Source: Paramagnetospirillum magneticum AMB-1 (GTDB lineage Bacteria > Pseudomonadota > Alphaproteobacteria > Rhodospirillales > Magnetospirillaceae). From it: a stretch of 24,000 nucleotides of DNA. The notes under the pieces were generated by a model that was not told the DNA's origin, made no database searches, and saw nothing but the letters and a program-made list of their open reading frames with translations. Position numbers and translations under genes: made by a program. The stretch is from NCBI RefSeq assembly GCF_000009985.1, contig NC_007626.1, positions 3,238,833 through 3,262,832 on the forward strand, in the 5' to 3' direction. This document shows, piece by piece, positions 22,217 through 24,000 of this stretch; position 1 is the stretch's first letter; each line of letters begins with the position of its first letter.

Positions 22217-24000
22217 ATGATGTTTGTGAAGATCCTGCGCAGCGGCGCCCTGGCGGCTTTCTGCACCCTGACGGCAACCGCCCAGGCCGACGAGTTCGAC
22301 ATCGACGAGGCCCCCGCCGTGTCGCCCGCCAAGAAGCCGGTGCCCATGAACGAGGCCGGCGTCCATGTGGGGGCGCAACGGGGGGGCTCGGCGGCCTTCA
22401 ACCGTTTTGGCGGCACGCCAGAAAGCGGCGTCTTCGGCGGCGGCTGGTTCCACCTGCAGCAGCGCGACGCCGCCGAGGGCGGCGGCACCTTCTACCTCAA
22501 GGCCGATGGCGAGAACGTCGATTTCCGCTCCAACGCCCTGCCGCCCGACGCCGCCGCCGCCGTGCGAATGGGCCAGCAAGGGGTGTGGGACCTGCGCCTT
22601 CACTATGACGGCATTGTGTTTCGCCAGGCCGACAACTACCACACCCTGTTCAATGGCTCGGGGCAGTTGCTGAACGGCCTGACGCCGGCCTCCATCAACG
22701 CCACCTCGACCAATGCCGCCGGGGTGGCCCGCGTCAACCAGTACCTGTCGGCGGTGGAGGTGGGCACGAGGCGCGACCGGGCGGGCGGCGCCTTTTCCTA
22801 TACCGGGCTGGAGGAATGGAAGTTCACCACCCGGCTGGACCACGAACACAAGCACGGCACCAAGGCCAATTCGGTGATGTTCCTGTCCAACAGCAATTTC
22901 GCCTCCATCCTGGAGCCGGTGAACTACGACACCGACCGCTTCGCCCTGAATGCCGCCTACACCACCCGGCCGCTGCAGGCACAGATCAGCTACGTCTTTT
23001 CCAACTTCACCAACAATATCGCCGAATACGTCACCCGCGATCCTTTCATCGGGGCCACCCATGCCGGCTATGACGGCACCCGCTATTCGTTGCCGCCCAG
23101 CAATTCCGAGCATCGCCTCAAGGCGCAGTTCGGGGTGAACCTCACCGACACCACCCGCATCGCCACCAATCTCAGCTACGGCCTGCAGCTTCAGAACGAA
23201 GCCTTCGCCGCGCGGCATTACGAGCAGGCCCCCCGCCTGGGCGCCAGCACCTATGACGGCATGATCCAGACGCTCTACGGCAACGTGGTCATGACGGCGC
23301 GCCCCCTGCCCGACTGGACCCTGCGCGCCGCCTATACCGCCGACGACCGCGACAACATGAGCGCGTCCTATTGGCAAAAGCCTCCCTACCGCGCCGACGG
23401 CACCGCCGTCTTCAACGGCAACACCGGCATTCACACCAACCCCGCCTATTCGTTCTTCAACCAGAAGGGCGAGGCGGAAGTGGGCTATCGCCTGACCCGC
23501 TCCACCAAGCTCACCGCCGACTACGCCTATCGCAACAGCCTGCGCAGCGATTCGGTCACCAACCGCAACGAGGAAAGCACCTATGGCGGCCGGGTCCAGT
23601 CCACCCTGGCCGAGGGGCTGACCGGCACCCTGGGCTATGCCCATTCCAACCGGCAGGCCACGGTCTTCCTGGGCAATCGCGGCTGGAACGAGATGGGGCG
23701 CACGGTCACCGCCGAGTCCGGGCTGAAGATCTTTTCCTACGCCGCCCGCGACCGCGACGAGGCCAAGGCCAATCTCAACACGGTGTTCGGCGACGGCGTG
23801 GTAGTGGGGACCACGGCCCGCTGGATCGAGGATCGCTTTCCCGAGACCCTCTACGGCGTCACCAACAACCACATCCTGTCCCTGGGCGGCGACGCCTCGT
23901 TCCCCGCCGGGCCGGGCGTGACCGCCCACCTGTTCTACACCTACATGGAGAACTTCACCGGCATGAAGATGAATGCCAGCGCCACCGGCACGCTGTGGAC
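22217..24000 (+). CDS. mtoB: MtrB/MtoB/PioB-family outer-membrane beta-barrel (porin partner of the decahaem cytochrome), 3'-truncated by the window edge
   Basis: My own translation from ATG 22217 stays open to the window end. The signal peptide is MMFVKILRSGALAAFCTLTATAQA/DEF. Amphipathic strand-like repeats rich in Y/R/N/D/T follow (LRLHYDGIVFRQ, AQISYVFSNFTNN, TLRAAYTADDRDN, KLTADYAYRNSLRSD, GTLGYAHSNRQ). It sits immediately downstream of the decahaem gene. It is absent from the ORF track because no stop lies in the window. Confidence 0.8.
   Translation, partial: MMFVKILRSGALAAFCTLTATAQADEFDIDEAPAVSPAKKPVPMNEAGVHVGAQRGGSAAFNRFGGTPESGVFGGGWFHLQQRDAAEGGGTFYLKADGENVDFRSNALPPDAAAAVRMGQQGVWDLRLHYDGIVFRQADNYHTLFNGSGQLLNGLTPASINATSTNAAGVARVNQYLSAVEVGTRRDRAGGAFSYTGLEEWKFTTRLDHEHKHGTKANSVMFLSNSNFASILEPVNYDTDRFALNAAYTTRPLQAQISYVFSNFTNNIAEYVTRDPFIGATHAGYDGTRYSLPPSNSEHRLKAQFGVNLTDTTRIATNLSYGLQLQNEAFAARHYEQAPRLGASTYDGMIQTLYGNVVMTARPLPDWTLRAAYTADDRDNMSASYWQKPPYRADGTAVFNGNTGIHTNPAYSFFNQKGEAEVGYRLTRSTKLTADYAYRNSLRSDSVTNRNEESTYGGRVQSTLAEGLTGTLGYAHSNRQATVFLGNRGWNEMGRTVTAESGLKIFSYAARDRDEAKANLNTVFGDGVVVGTTARWIEDRFPETLYGVTNNHILSLGGDASFPAGPGVTAHLFYTYMENFTGMKMNASATGTLW

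Noticed and set aside
3649-24000. The idea that the che/c-di-GMP operon, pqiABC and the cytochrome cluster form one functional system (surface sensing, envelope remodelling, electron transfer)
   Set aside because: The modules are separated by a good terminator (13242-13280) and by 208-bp and 476-bp spacers with their own regulatory-looking elements. pqiABC is a widespread stand-alone operon. Co-orientation alone is not evidence of linkage. The idea is only worth revisiting if the synteny proves conserved.
1-24000. A search for CRISPR arrays, tRNA/rRNA genes, insertion sequences, integrases and phage or defence genes
   Set aside because: I found no regularly spaced repeats, no cloverleaf-like or rRNA-like sequence, and no transposase or integrase-like ORFs. 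The only repeats are the short intergenic elements reported above.

Overview
The window is strongly GC-rich with marked GC3 codon bias, consistent with an alphaproteobacterial (Rhodospirillales-like) chromosome, though taxonomy cannot be verified here. Every gene I can support lies on the + strand, and I saw no rRNA, tRNA, CRISPR array, transposase or integrase. There are four modules.

(1) 1-3387: the end of an imuB-like gene plus dnaE2, the SOS mutagenesis cassette.

(2) 3649-13192: an eight-gene, translationally coupled Wsp-like (alternative cellular function type) chemosensory operon. Gene order is Cache-MCP, CheB, CheR-TPR, CheA-REC hybrid, stand-alone REC, an unusual HPt-REC-REC-GGDEF diguanylate cyclase, CheW and a degenerate mini-CheW. 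A hairpin plus T-tract terminator closes it.

(3) 13401-16830: a pqi envelope-transport operon with pqiA split into two genes, followed by pqiB and pqiC.

(4) 17307 to the window end: a porin-cytochrome extracellular electron transfer cluster. It has an MtrA/MtoA/PioA-family decaheme cytochrome and an MtrB/MtoB/PioB-family outer-membrane barrel. These are preceded by a C-terminally anchored heptaheme cytochrome c, a NirB-like flavoprotein/BFD-[2Fe-2S]/four-helix dihaem cytochrome b fusion, and a frameshifted EB_dh-like periplasmic haem protein.

The most interesting candidate for an undescribed system is the inner-membrane part of module 4. Its architecture suggests a quinone-independent, NOX/FRE-like route from cytoplasmic NAD(P)H to the porin-cytochrome conduit. 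The long minus-strand ORFs in the track are GC-rich shadow ORFs and are rejected.
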